64,000 nt of DNA from Microbotryum violaceum (taxonomy: Eukaryota): the NCBI GenBank assembly GCA_001244265.2, contig LN717261.1:2371591-2435590 (forward strand), written 5' to 3'. Under the pieces are notes generated by a model. The model saw nothing but the letters and a program-made list of their open reading frames with translations. It had not been told where the DNA came from and ran no database searches. The translations under genes were made by a program, and so were the position numbers. Each line of letters starts with the position of its first letter. The first letter of the stretch is position 1. Positions 62,338-64,000 of the stretch are shown piece by piece.

Positions 62338-64000
62338 ATGCCTTTAGCCATTCATGCCAAGTTACAACCAGCATTGGCGTCTGCGAAAGACAAAGGACAT
62401 CGAGTGTTTGCACGCGACAAATTGTACTGGCCACCAGGCACAGTGCCTGTTCCGGGCGTGAAGCAATACGTGGTCGGCACTCCACGCGAACTATATCAAC
62501 GCTTGTGGGCAAGCGACTCAGCCCAAAACGAGAATTGCTACTATGAAATCATCGACGCTTCGCTGCCAAGCTGCTACTATATCGATGTCGAATTTAAGCG
62601 TCCTTCAATTGACAATCCAGCCAAAATGGCGTTGTTGACGCGTAACGCAGCGTCGTATTTCCCTGGCGCTGAGCTTGAAGATGTGGTCAGCTCGGACCTT
62701 GCGGTTTTGCGTTGGCAGGTCAGGAGTGCTGAGTTATCTCATTCATTGCTTTTCGTTTTCGTTGTTTTTCCACTTCAGCGCCAGCGAATAATCGCAGTTC
62801 TACTCTCCACCGCGGGCACGCTGTTCGAAGAACTTTACGCGGAACGAGTTCTTACCGACCTGCTGAACAAGATTCGTGTCTCACTTCGCCGGCGTCTCGG
62901 CGTCGACCTCGCGGGACGGCCAATCACCGTCCTTAGTGCTTCCACATCCTCGAAATTGTCGTTTCACATTGTCTTCCCAATCGGGATGGACTCACATCTT
63001 ACATCGTCCGCGGCACTCTCGTTCGAGCTCGCTTCAGCAATTCGCGGATTTTGCATTCAATCCTTGTCCGATATGATCAAAGACAACATACCGGATCGGA
63101 TGATCGCCATTTCGCCATCGCTCCTATTTCTGCAGCTGACAGGGCAAGGAAAGGGATCGTACGTGTTTGATCTTGTTCCTTACGGCCAACATCAGCTCTA
63201 TCGACTCGGTGGCAACTCCAAAGCGCGGCAAGGAAGACCACTCCGGCCTGTACTAATGCCAGATCAGGCGACTCGAATCATCGGTGACAACGATATGCGG
63301 TTTCGATTTAAGGACGTCTTCCCTACGTCTTCCCTACGTACACCACATGGTATCGAACATTTGTCCAGTCGGAGGGATGGATATCATCTTGAACGAGACC
63401 CACCAGCCATTCACCATCAGCTTCCACCCGGCACACCCTTGGTCAACTGACGTCGCCAATGCCGGCTGCAATATCCTGGTGCGGGCTGATGTCGGCGCAA
63501 TGGATTCCGCAACTGCGGAACGGCTTGCTGAACGTGCAAGACGTCGCAGGGACACGGACCGAGGCAACCAGGTACAGGCTCGCAGCGCTCGCAGAAGGGA
63601 AGTTGATGCAGAGGTGAATTCGCATATTCTCGAGGACACAGCGGCGATCGTACTTGCTGACGGTACCACCACCAAACAATTCAATCTGATCACGTTTGGG
63701 TCAACGGTTTACTGTCCGCGATGCGAATCCAAGGACACACCGTAGGGCCACCGAGGTATTGGAGACCCTGTACGCGCCTTTTCCGAATTCTCCATACACC
63801 TCGCGGCGGTATGCTGACCATGCAGCAATTTCTTACTCTCAGAGTGCGCGAGTTTTCCCAACCGATGCGGGCGATCGAGCCCTCCATTGCTTCAGTTGCC
63901 GATCGACGTTGTTTGCCGCCACTACCTTCAAACGTGACCCCATGGAAGTTCTGCCAAATGAACGCATCGTGTTCACTGACCCCACGTGGCGTATCAATTC
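62338..64000 (+). CDS. Mirror copy of the primase-helicase gene, running off the window
   Basis: ORFs 62194-63450 and 63284-63745 are identical to 58050-59306 and 57755-58216. Confidence 0.85.

Larger units (their letters stand above)
57500..64000. repeat. Giant inverted duplication; arms 57500-60724 and 60775-64000+, 50-nt loop
   Basis: Mirrored ORFs have identical translations; coordinate sums are 121499/121500; the only difference noticed is C4 (59642-59645) versus C5 (61854-61858). Confidence 0.98.

Overview
Eukaryotic, transposon-saturated fungal DNA. It has GT-AG introns, chromodomain Ty3/gypsy elements, copia elements with a ggttatgagc PBS and heavy CpG->TpG decay; the basidiomycete, Microbotryum-like assignment is inference. 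Bases 1-54.4 kb are mostly nested LTR retrotransposons, an L1/Tx1-like LINE, Helitron relics, a PIF/Harbinger element and MITEs. They surround one intact host gene (Eps1/TXNDC5-like PDI), a GH28 relic and the 3' end of another gene. The last ~9.6 kb fits no standard TE class. It holds an intron-containing gene fusing a PrimPol-type AEP primase, a Zn-binding module and a herpes UL9/origin-binding-protein-like SF2 helicase, paired head-to-head with a BED-like zinc-finger gene. The fusion gene is flanked by CCCCCGGGGG motif arrays, one a ~25-bp-periodic dyad. The module is mirrored in a near-perfect palindrome with arms of at least 3.2 kb and a 50-nt loop at 60725-60774. It is the best candidate for an undescribed self-replicating or virus-derived element, but an assembly fold-back artefact must be excluded for the palindrome.
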